Shown here in pieces: positions 27,301 through 38,200 of a stretch of DNA of 44,211 nt. Below the pieces are notes generated by a model. The model worked only from the letters and a program-made list of their open reading frames with translations, searched no databases and had not been told where the DNA came from. Position 1 is the first letter of the stretch, and each line of letters starts with the position of its first letter. Source of the DNA: an uncultured Roseiflexaceae bacterium (GTDB lineage Bacteria; Chloroflexota; Chloroflexia; Chloroflexales; Roseiflexaceae); contig CAISXI010000325.1 of the NCBI GenBank assembly GCA_903889425.1, forward strand, positions 1-44,211. The letters are read 5' to 3'. The translations under genes were made by a program, and so were the position numbers.

Positions 27301-29270
27301 TTAGGAATTTTGCTATATGGCGTATTTGACGGCGTCGGCACGGCTGTATTGCTCAGTGCAATGTTTGTCGATAATGCCGCACTAAAATCACTCCCACCCA
27401 CCACCAGAAACGGATTGAGGATATTTGTGGGGGCAATGGTTTGCGAATTGGTGTTCAATCCCCACCCTTGGATAGTGCCAGCGTTACTCACGCCAAGCAA
27501 GTGATAATTCCCAGCACCAATCCGTTGAAATGCGGTGGTAGGAATCGTTTTTTGACCAAATCCATCGTCACCATACACTCGGACTTGACCATCAGCCAGC
27601 AACACCATGCTATCTGCATTGCTTGCCGCAATATCAACGGCATTCGTGAGTGCAGGGATTGTGGTTTGCCCGCTATCATTGCGTCCCCACGCCACCACCG
27701 AGTTATTTCTCAACAGGGCCACGGTATGCCAACCAGCAGCCACCACTTTGGCAACCCCCATCAAGCTTGAAGCAGCCGTTTGCCCATAGCTATTATCACC
27801 CCAGCTGACAATGGTACCGTTTTTGCGGAGTGCCACCACGTGGCGAATCCCAGCACTCACTTGCACTACATCGGTGAGACTGGCAGGAATCGTCGTTTGC
27901 CCATAGGTATTGTCCCCCCACGCCACGAGGGTGCCATTGGCACGCAACGCCAATGAAAAATTCGCACCCGCAGTGACGGCAACGACTCGTAACGGGTCAG
28001 TCGCCACACGGGCGGTAGTCAGACTACTCGGCACATTAATCTGATTGGCGTCGTTATCCCCCCAAGCGACGACTTTGCTATCGCTCCGAAGCGCCACGAT
28101 ATGTCGACTACCCGCAGCAATACTTATCAATCCTTGGGTTGCCGATACAGGAATGGTCGTGATGGCACTACTGCCACCCCACACACTCAACTTACCGATG
28201 GTATTTAATTCTTGGGGTAACCGGATACTCAGTGCCGGTATGGGGGTATTTGTACTGACACTCACAGAATTTATCGTTGATTGTAGTGCGATACCCGCAT
28301 TATGACTCGGATGAACACCCAATTGAAGCACACGATTGGGTATGGAGCTGGGAATACTCGCCCCATCGTGTGGCAACGCAGTAATCAGACCATTGCGTTG
28401 TACAATTACAATTCCCCATTTGGCAACAACCAATGATTGCATTGCACTCATATTCGCGATACGCAGACAAGGACAATTACTCGTCACCGTATCCATCGTT
28501 ATCGTCGCCGCCGTCGGGGTGATATCGGCGATATCACCCCACACCACCAGCTCGCCGGTACTACGGACTGCGCCATAGACATTGCCACGGGCAAAAATCG
28601 CCGTAATATCATTCGCCACCATACTCGGTAACGCTGGCCCGCCCCATTGGTATAGACTTCCGGTACTATCGAGTGCGAGGGTGCTATCACTGCCAGCCGC
28701 TACGGCAACAATTATTTTGCCAGTAAGGTCACTAGGAATCGTGCGTTGACTTGCAATACCCGCCACTACCACCGTGCCGTTGGCCCGGAGCAACGCAGTA
28801 TGCCGATCACCAGCGGCGATGTGCACCACATCGGTGGGTAATGAAACGGTTGACGACAATACGTTGGAAGTAGCATCACCCCACAACACCACCGAACCAT
28901 CACGTTTCAAGGCGACACTATGTGAGATGCCGACACTGATTTGAATTACATCATTGAGATTCGCAGGAATCGTTAATTCGCCCTTGCGATTGATGCCCCA
29001 ACCAATCACGTTGCCGCTCGTCGTGAGTGCCAAGGCATGACGTGCGCCCATGGCGAGTTGTGCCACATTGGTAATCGCCCCTGCGGGGACTGCATGTAAG
29101 CCTGAACTCGCATTTCCCCATGTGGTCACCTGGCCAGCCACGACCGGTACTTGGCGTTGTGGCGTGGGGAGACTAATCAGCCGGTTTTGGGTGGTGGCTA
29201 TCTGCACGCCACCGATTACAATCGAAATCACGAATGCGGCAATAATGGCAATTGAAAGGTGCTGTTTCAT
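24396..29270 (-). CDS. giant exported protein: signal anchor, multi-propeller RCC1-repeat region, two LamG (concanavalin-like) modules, Thr/Pro/Ser-rich tail (1624 aa)
   Basis: ORF track. N-terminal TM LSIAIIAAFVISIVIGGV. At least 15 RCC1 blade signatures (VIGWGINRKGELTIP, VVAWGDNDANQINVP, LVAWGDNTYGQTTIP, IVSWGDNSYGQTAAS, VVAWGRNDSGQTTIP ...). LamG_3-type endings GSLDDIVIHKVALTDSQL and GQLDDLLLYAAPLSHATI. Tail with TLTPSK repeats. Confidence 0.9.
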   Translation of the reverse strand: MKQHLSIAIIAAFVISIVIGGVQIATTQNRLISLPTPQRQVPVVAGQVTTWGNASSGLHAVPAGAITNVAQLAMGARHALALTTSGNVIGWGINRKGELTIPANLNDVIQISVGISHSVALKRDGSVVLWGDATSNVLSSTVSLPTDVVHIAAGDRHTALLRANGTVVVAGIASQRTIPSDLTGKIIVAVAAGSDSTLALDSTGSLYQWGGPALPSMVANDITAIFARGNVYGAVRSTGELVVWGDIADITPTAATITMDTVTSNCPCLRIANMSAMQSLVVAKWGIVIVQRNGLITALPHDGASIPSSIPNRVLQLGVHPSHNAGIALQSTINSVSVSTNTPIPALSIRLPQELNTIGKLSVWGGSSAITTIPVSATQGLISIAAGSRHIVALRSDSKVVAWGDNDANQINVPSSLTTARVATDPLRVVAVTAGANFSLALRANGTLVAWGDNTYGQTTIPASLTDVVQVSAGIRHVVALRKNGTIVSWGDNSYGQTAASSLMGVAKVVAAGWHTVALLRNNSVVAWGRNDSGQTTIPALTNAVDIAASNADSMVLLADGQVRVYGDDGFGQKTIPTTAFQRIGAGNYHLLGVSNAGTIQGWGLNTNSQTIAPTNILNPFLVVGGSDFSAALSTNIALSNTAVPTPSNTPYSKIPNLPVFGTLPTYDGNSTWPLGDIPALSATDISDVAVTTDTIAIVHNDNSLTLNESASISGQTLPVSVTVNVQAVALGDEFGAVLKRDHTVIAWGTNAPVIPPSFARNINELRANDGHIVLLRGDGKVWSNRFAITSPAMVRHIAAGPDFAVTLRDDGLVQVWANSNDEGLLTPPNLASGVVEIAAGRYHALALRGDGRVVAWGAEQHDSGQADVPYLAQSRVVAIAAGDQSSIALRDDGTLVAWGDVPSGTSSQLATLNANRNVVAIRAGAGIVVALTKDVPVVGTTMPTRIPTQSPQLIPTLTMRPSDAAIVANQIGWFSMNDRALVTQYTGAAGPYTCAASTACPQSDPNGMRKRAARFNDTSGDELNSTGTINLTGTSFTVSYWMRRDRVNTNDVALSIGTTFAQSKYFTMGMDTENRIYCSFYGNDLRTTSWYTDNNWHHYACTFDKTSLVRKLYRDGIVVASDVASASFSGVAAPVVIGRRNDNASGLVGSLDDIVIHKVALTDSQLQDGTNLPTGDRIVDVNFDNIAFQSLAPNRTRLLCTGTNACGEVVIGSHDDEALVFTGTEQMQLSENPLFTNGFTVAYWAKRSDSSNNIVVVHGTTAAKRFTAGFNSDNKPYCAIGATKINGSIASDTNWHFYVCRFDKIAGKLGLSVDAQTPQIITATYSDSGTLFVGRAPEAGSGFKGQLDDLLLYAAPLSHATIGMLYNNTNPSSVVLTATTSATLTKSPTFTVTLTATKTATWQTKTRIPATLTIVVAYLPGTMTLTPSLTPSKTLTPSKTLTPSKTLTPSKTLTPSKTLTPSNTLTPSNTPTTSNTATNTSTPTNTRTNTATATQTATQTLTATITYTVTPNNGETNTPSITRTPLMITRSAIAKTATALFRKSPTFYVQTLTATWFAVRASQTSIVLTQSAPTATKTSTRTVTAYPIPSTPTRSATPYPLPKSAQAQVSNVIWPDLSSFYHR
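24861..24993 (-). repeat. in-frame 18-bp tandem repeat, about 7 units, encoding TLTPSK/TLTPSN
   Basis: On the plus strand, ggcgtcagcgttttgctc / ggtgtcagcgttttactg and similar units follow head to tail. Confidence 0.85.
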
Positions 29271-29281
29271 GATGTGCCTCC

Positions 29282-32200
29282 TTAACGGCCACTACTTGCG
29301 GGCGGTGCAACGGGACTCGAATTGGATAACAGCGGCGTATATAACCGATTAAAGGTTTGATTACTCGTAAACGTACCCGTGTATGTTTGCGTCCCTTGCG
29401 TATTTGTGGCAGTCAAGGTGTAACGGTAGCGCCGGCCTGGAATCACTCCCGTAAAGACCGCTGTCCCGGTATTGAATGAGACCGCCGCATTGACTTGTTG
29501 TGATTTGGTTTGTGTTGCCGTTTGATTCACCGTAATCACTTGTGCAGGCACATCAAAATTACCATTTGTCTGATAGATCTCGATTCCTGACAACGCGAGC
29601 ACTTCGTTTGTGCCTTCAAGCTGTAGTCGTACATACTTGCCGGTAATCCCAGGTGGCAGATCCAATACCATATTCACATCAACAGTATCAGTGACATAGT
29701 GCCAATTCCAATCTGCGCTACTGAATGTCGTATTAGGATTATCACTGACCATCACATGCAATGATGTGGTTGGCAACAAACTAATGCGGGGGCTACCTAT
29801 TATGATTTGATTCACCGGTACAGACGTTGCACCGAGCGGATATTGCCACCAGGGATTCGTTTCTAGAGTGGAAATGAATGACGTGGCGGAATTATTATCC
29901 GTAACATAATCAACATTACTCCCCTGGACAACACTCGATGCGGTGGGAGATTGCCCCATTTGCACCAAATCAGTACCACATTCGTCGGCTGGAGTACAGT
30001 ATGAGTAGTTGAGGGCGACGGCACTCGCACCACCTTGTTTCACAAAATCTGTCTCACCCCAGGCCACGACCTTGCCACTACGCGTCACCGCAGCACTCGA
30101 TGCACCACCTGCTGCCACAAAGATTACATCTGACAAACCTTCAGGAATAATCGTTTGACCTGCAGAATTTTCACCCCAAGCGACCACTGTTCCGTCTTCT
30201 TGCAAGGCCACGACATGTTCGGCCCCAACAGCGATTTGTGTCACTGTTTTGATGGTTGACGGGATGGCAAGATGGTTGTTGATGGGACTACCCCACGCCA
30301 CCACGGTACCGTCGTTGCGTAACGCCACACTAAAGTCTACACCTGCTTGCACCTGTGCTACGCCATACAAGGCTTTCGCCGGAATCGTAATTGGGTAATT
30401 AGGGCTGCTTGGGTCACAATATGCGGGGGGATCATTATCTGGATCATCAAGATCTTCACACACATCATGCCACCATGCGATAACCTTACCTGTACTCAGT
30501 AACGCCACATTATGCCGATACCCCGCATCAACACCAATGATTTTCCCGTTTTGATATGTGGTATTCAGTACAACTGTTTTGACCACGTGTGGATCGCCTT
30601 CAGGTCGGTAATATTCCGTAACCCGCCCTGCACGATCTAAGGTGAGCAAGTAATTATCCCAGGCATATTGTTCGGCAATCGAGAATTGCACCACATTGGT
30701 TATCGGAGTAGTACCGGCAATTTCATTCGATGTCAACAGATGATCAGGATCAGTATCAATCGGCCACGTATACAACACACCGTCATGATCAAGTGCTGCC
30801 GCAATGTCGTTATTCATGTCCAGCTTGGTAATCTGCTTGGTTTGAATAGCCGCAGGAATTGCCGTCTGCAAGACGGTATCACTCGTACCATCATCCTTCC
30901 AGCCCTGTACCACTGTGCCCGTATACGGCGTAGTGATGCTACTATCGAGTGCGATTTGGGCATTCACTGCGGTCACCGCATACCCTGTATCTAATTTGTA
31001 GCGAATCGTTTGTTCATTGGCATTGAGACTACCTGTGACTTGGATATCACGCATACTCGGCAGTGTTTTCACCGGCACATTGATGGTGTATTCATCACTT
31101 CTTCGTAGATTGCCCACCGCATCACGTACTACAAATTGCACTCGGTAATTGCCAGGAGCATACGTTGTCGTGTCGAGTGGCATATTCCACGTATAGGTGC
31201 GTAATGCCCGATTCAGTAGGTAATTGAGGCGCTTGACATCATTACTCGTTGCATCAACTGGAGTTAGCGCAATCGTGGCAACTTGGGACGTACCGGCATA
31301 GACATTGGCCGTCAACGATTGGATTTGCCCACCATCACTAATCGTCCCTTGGAATGGGACGCTGGCAGTGCTTGGTAATACCGTCACGGCATTTTGGAAG
31401 ACCGTGATACTTGGCGCAACGGTATCAATCCGAATCGTCGTATTTTGCGCATTACTCACGTTGCCAGCAACATCCTTGGCCCAGAATTGGATGCGGCGGG
31501 TAACGTTATCTTGATTGGCAGTATTGGCGAGGGTATATGTCCATGGCGCATTGACGCTTTGGTCATTGGTTGCACTTGTCATTACCAACTCAGCACCCGT
31601 AATATTCCCATTCGTCCCGTTGCTGGTACGATCACAGGCTAGCAGCGCCCATGTACCATTCCCCGGTTCGCTGGCAAAATCTGCCAGCGTGCCATCTGGT
31701 TTCACAAGTTTATACGTTGCACCAAGTGCAGTCGTCCCTGTCAGTGTGGTACTACCAGCCACGGCGGTATCAGCAAATGTGGCACGAATATTGACTCCGG
31801 CACCGCGGTCGGTATTCAACAAGGCCACCCGCGTACCACTCGGCGATTCGAGCCATACGTCAACTTCGTTGGCCGCACCATGGGCAATAGATGTATTGAC
31901 CGTCAATGCCCCAATCCGACTGGTACCTGCGGTAGTGACGTTAATCGGATACCGGGTATATCCTTCTAGATCTGTCGTGGCACAGGGTTGCGCGGCAATT
32001 GCCATAGTGGTAGCCACTGTCGTTGTGTAGGTTGTCGTGGGACGGATTTGGCTCGTAGTTGAGGCAATCGCACAATTTGCTTGTTGCTCATCACACACCA
32101 TCATGTCGGCAGTACTCGTGGTGTCACTCAACAAACCACTTATTTGAATAGTTTTACCACCGACATACGTCGCACCGAGCAAGTTAATTGACGCGGCATC

Positions 32201-35200
32201 AAGTTGGAAGATTGGCTTGTCGCGATCTATTTGGGCGCTATACCAGGCACTCCACGGACTCAATTGATTGTAGGTATCACTTGCACGCACCCGATAATTC
32301 ATCGTTGTAGCTGTACTTGGTACCGTAATCGCACACCGCCATTGTCCAGCAACTGCAGCACCACACCCGATAGCAGTCGTCGTACCGCTATCAAAGCGAT
32401 ATTCAAGTTGGACATTAGGAACCGTAGAATCATCCTTCACGCTACCCGTAAGTACCACATTACCGGTACGGACTACTTGTTGGTTGTCGGCGTGAATCAG
32501 CGTCGGTGCTTGGGTATCGATACGAATACCTGCATTGAGCCATTCAATGGTACGTGCCGTACTATTGAGTGCGGTAGCGCTACTATCATCGGTGATGCGC
32601 ACTTCGATTTTGGCTACCGTACTCGTTTTCATACGATCAGCATCCGATGGTTGCGATTTACGGGGGTCAATTTTGGCGCGTACTATCACTGATTGGGTAC
32701 TATTCGCGGGGATACGATCAATTTTGACGACTTGGTAATCGTAGTAGTTAGGATTGGCGACGGTATGATAATCATACACATTCCCACTAATAATCCCGGT
32801 GGTTGCCCCTGCATTCACTGTCCCAGTCAACCAAATACCACCATAGGTCCGTACAATGCCATACAACGGACGGGTCGGACGATTGCTGGTGTTTTGGATT
32901 TGTAGCGTATACGTGACAACTGAATTATCACCAACCACTGGTGTTTGTTGGCTCACCAAAGTATTGGCGAAGCCTGCCAAAATCGCAGAACCGGCTGTGG
33001 TTGTGTCAGCAAGTTGACTGACTGTTTTGCACCAACTATCACTGGTCAACACCGCACACATTGCCTGAGTTTGCATGATGGCATTGGCGATGGCATCGGG
33101 GTCGGTATTGGCAAAATTATCGATAATTGTGCGTTGATAAGTACCACCGGGTGTACTAGTCAGACTCGACACTACTTGGGTGGTGTCAGGGTTGGCCGCA
33201 TCTTTGCGTGGGCAGACCCCATCACCAAGGGTAGACCAACTATATCCGTTGAGCAACGGTGTCAAGACGATTTTGTCCGTTCCACGATCAAGCCGGGTCG
33301 GGTTGGTGGTTGGGAATACGGCCCATGGCAACAAGGCTGTTTTGGCGCTTGCAAACGCCACCATCCCAAATGGTTGACCAATGGCATAGTTGATTTGACT
33401 GAATGGAATCCGCAAATCTGTCTGATTAATACTATTTTGGGTGCCATAACGGAATTCTGGCAGCATTGATGCTCGCACCCAACTACTCGTCCCACTATCC
33501 CACCGCAACAGCGTAACCGTGTCGCTAGATTGCACGTGAATCACATAGTCGGCACCTTGGATAGTCGTGGCCCGTGGTTGTGCTTGTTGGGCATTCAGCA
33601 GGCGAGTCGCCCAACTCGCGGCACTGTTACTCAAACCGATGCTACGACCTGCCATGTTGACAGGCAAAGTCACAAAGGCATCACCAAGCGCCACGCTGTC
33701 AGACAGCGTCTGGGTGTATTTGCTAGGGCGATAGGGTTGGACAGTCCCACCGTCAACGCTATCGAGGTAAATAAACAAATCACCGTCGACATTCCAATCG
33801 GCTCCTTGCCAATTGATGCGCAGATTCTGACTATCCCATGTGGTAGTAAACCGTTGCAGTCCTTTGACGTTGCTTTCGCCGAGGGTAGCACACCCATTTC
33901 CGAGCCAGCCACGATAAATTTCATTTGTCGTGGCGATTTGGGTATAGTCGGGGGTTACCGCACTATCGACATAGACGATGGGTAATGCAGTAACGCCTTC
34001 ATTCCCGATACTATCGCGTAAACGGAGTGAGGGTACAATCCGGCTCCCTTCACGCGTCAGCATAGCAGGGCTGCGATTACCCAACGTCACACTGGTGGTC
34101 AATGATTGTGTATCGGTGATGGTTTGGACGGTATATTCCAAAACTTTGAGTGGTACTGATACCAAATCACGTAGTTGTGTCCAGCCCACATGCAAATCGA
34201 GATTATTGGTGCGCGTCACCGGTATATTTGCGGTAATCGGGGTAATCACGCCATTCACAGCTGCGTTGGTCGCTCCATTCACCACCACCGGGGGGTCGTT
34301 GTCGATTTGAATAAACGTATTCAAGATAGTAGTATGTTGGGCACTGTCTGTGGCAATAATCGACAACGGCAACGTCGGCGTTATGACCCCAACAGTACCT
34401 TGAACAATGGCTTCGGGATAAAACACACTGACATTGGTGACATCACCAACTCGGGCATCTGAATTCCCGATTTGGCTGCCCGTCAAGCGATTAATTGTCT
34501 GTATGCTCACCAAATCACTGACATCGGTAATTACTAGGCGTGCCGTAATAATCCCGTCAATGATGCGATTGAAACCAATGAACTTATCAATCAACGTAAT
34601 TTGGGGTGCTACATTATCGACAAAGAATGTATAGACCGGCGTTACCGTCTGCTTTGGGGTAATCACATCACCCGCGAGCAAGTTTTGGAGATTATCAGTG
34701 GTTAAGGCATCAGAAAAGACTGCGATGTCATCCACCATGACATTGGTTGCCGCACTATTAAGTGGCGCTGCACCCAGTACCAATGCCGCATTGGTAAACA
34801 GCCCTGGACCAGCCATAGATTCAACCAATGCGCCATCGAGATAAATCATTACGGTACTAGAATCAGTTACCACACTTGATACGACCGTAAGCAAATGCCA
34901 CGCAGTATCGGGAATCGACACTGGACTCGTTTGGGTAATCCCACTGGTATCAACCAACGAGGTATTGATCTGATTACCCGCACTATCGTAATCAAACCAC
35001 AATTTCAACGCTGGATCACTTCCGGTGAGCGGAGCAATGGTAGCAATCCGGCCTGACACACCATTACTAGGGATTTTGATCCGCATACTCACCGATCGAG
35101 AAGTTTCCATCGTTTGGGTAATGGCATAGCCCATGCGAATCCCATCGGTTGCACTACTCAACTGAAGTGCATTCCCGGTGAACCCGCTAACAATTGCCGG

Positions 35201-38200
35201 GCAGGTAATCCCCGGCGCAGTATTGCCGGCAATACAACTGTCACTGCCAACGGTATGGAGCACATCCGTAATTGGCAATGTTGCCTCGATAATCGGTGCA
35301 TAATATTGCGTTTTGGCCGTCAACAGGTTATTAAAGTTGTTAATCCCCTGTACGGTGTGACTCGTTTGGGATAGCCCAGTTAATGTAGTATCCGTTTCCA
35401 CTGCCGCCAGCGGATCACCGCTGGGGGCAGTCCAGACTGTTTGCGGCGCATTACCATCTATTTTCATTTGAATGGTTTGGACACCACTCGGTGCTTCGGC
35501 ATGGAATGTCAATGACTGCGTCGTGGTGGTATAGGCATTGGTGACATTGATAATCTGCACGCTCCCTTGCGCCGGGGCTGTACGTGACAACCGCAAGGTG
35601 TTTCGTGAGCGTGGCGCCTGTTCCGTACAATTCCCTGCTTGGTCACACAAGCGCGTCTCCAAGCGGCGGTCAGTCACGACAAATGCCTGTAATTGACTGG
35701 CTTGGCCACTATTGGCCATCGTCAAAATACTATTGTTGCTACTCACCACCCGTTTGACATTGGCGTTGGTAATCAAGGTATCACTGCGCAACGTCGGAGT
35801 AATGGAGTCAGTACTAATCATACTCAAGCGGAAACGATTGGCATTTGAGCTATCAGCACTCAATGCCACGACATCCCCACCAAGGTAGGGGGTCACATCC
35901 AAAATACGATACGGCGCTACATCTTCAGTACTCGTTGGAACGATGTGTACGTAGTTACTTTGCGCGACAATCGGATTAATCAGCGTCGCTTGCCCAGCAG
36001 CAATCGACGAAATCACCGGCACAATCCGCATCGTATTTGGCGAGGTTGGTTGCATCCCTTCGGTATAGGGTTCATCATCGTCAAGCACAATTGCCGTCGT
36101 GTCTTTGAATATCACACGATTGAGGTAACTACCCGTACGATATGACGATTTATACTGCATCGTGCCGTTCGGGTTGACTTGCCAAAACGCGACGCCACCG
36201 ATACCCTGTGCCAAAGCCACAATATCGTAGCTCGCATCCATATCGTAACTTGTAACCGAGGCATCGAGCGAGGTACTGGTGATTTGGGTAGGTTGGTCGG
36301 GATTCGATACTTGCACACTAATAATCTGTTGCGGCGTACTGTTGACTAACAGCTGCAAGAAATTATCTGTGTATACACTTGCATCATAATAACTCGTCAA
36401 CGCACCATCTTGGAGCGTTGCCCCCGTAGCAAGTGGGACTGCGACACTGCCACGTAGTGTCAGCGTACTGTTATTGGTGGGAATATCAAAAATTGTGATA
36501 ATTACCCTGTTGGTCGGCGTATTGCTCGTACTTAATGCATAAAGTCGATTTTTATTGCGACTCATCAACAACTGTAGCACTGTACCCACTACTGGTAGCG
36601 AATTTTGCACGAGGTTGACGGTGTTTTGGGTATCGATGACACTTACGGTATTTACCCCACCGGCATAGGCATACCGTGACCCGAATACAATGCTCTTGGT
36701 GGTACTAATGGGTTGGGCAAGTTGTTGCACCACATCTGGCGTGTCGCCATAGACACACCCGCCATCGAGGTGCGTTGGCTCAATGAACGATCCGTCAAAG
36801 GCACTGCTCCGTACGCGGTACCACAATGACGTCGCCACCGAAAGCGTTTTTTCAAAACGTGACCCACACGGTGTTTGCAAGAGATTGACATTGAGATTAC
36901 GTTCGTCGATTTGCACGGTATAGCTGTACAAATTCGTATTTGCGATGGGGATTTCACGAGCTTTAACGTCGGGCGCACGGGTATCGATACGGCCATCCCA
37001 CAATGTTTGCTCACCCACACCCACGCGGGTATTATCATTGCGGTCCGTGGTAGTGCTTTGAATTTTGGCATCAATCTCGAGCCCACTCGGCAATTGTCGT
37101 TGCCAACTAAAGCCATCTTCACGGGCTGTCAACGCACTTGCGCGCCAGCTCATCGCCCCCAGCGTGGTGATGTTCACCGAAGTCAAGTCATGCCGGTACA
37201 GCCGGAAGTCGTCGATGCTGGCCGTCGTGCTGTTTAAATTCAGTACCAGTGCCTGATTGATTTCAATTTCAGGCAACGCTAATACTTGGTTTGGTCCTTC
37301 GATTTGGACACGTACAAAGCGACCCATGGTACCGTACGGTAATTGAAGTACCGTAATAGCCCCAAGATCACCAGGAATAAATGTATGCCAGACCGCACTA
37401 CTATCGGCCGTACTGTAACTCGTGTTGGCATCATTACTCACGATGACATGCAGACGATGCAATGTAGTTGCGCTATCGGGAATATTGCGGATGACAATTT
37501 GATCAATCCGGACTGGATCTGTACCTAGCGGGTATTGCCACCACGGGTTTGTTTCAGAGTTGGTGGTAAATACCGTGGTCGCATTACTATCTGCGGCATT
37601 GTCGCGATTACTGCCGGTTGCAGTGCTCGATGCCGTCGGTGATTCACCAGTCTGTACTAATTTAGTCAGGTTATTAGTAATCGTGTCATTACCACCCGTT
37701 GCCACCGTACCCGTTATCACGTTTTGACCATCCACCCACAAGGCCATGGTTTTCCCATCAGAATTCATCACCACATGCATAGGTGTCGTAGTCTGGGTAA
37801 TCACATCACCCGTGGTAATGCTTTGGTTCCAATGGCTGAATTTCAGCTTAGCGCCGATTTTTTCGAGCACAAATGCGCCGTTTGCCCCAGAGGCACTCCC
37901 CTCACGATTACGGGCAATCACGCCACTACTCGACGTACTATTAAACTTCAGCCATGTCGAAATGCTCCACGGCTCGTTGGGATTGACCCAACTCAAGCCA
38001 CGGCTATCGATGTGATTGACCACCGTCGTCGCACCGCTATTCAAGGCGCCACTTCCCACCAGACCTGGGGTGGCTTGGGTGTTGCGGTAATTGGATGGCT
38101 GGGCAAACAACGAATCATCGGGTCGCGTGCTATCCGCACTGGTATCGATTGTGTCAAAGGTTTCGAAATACACTGGGCCGTTGCCAAAAACCAATGACCG

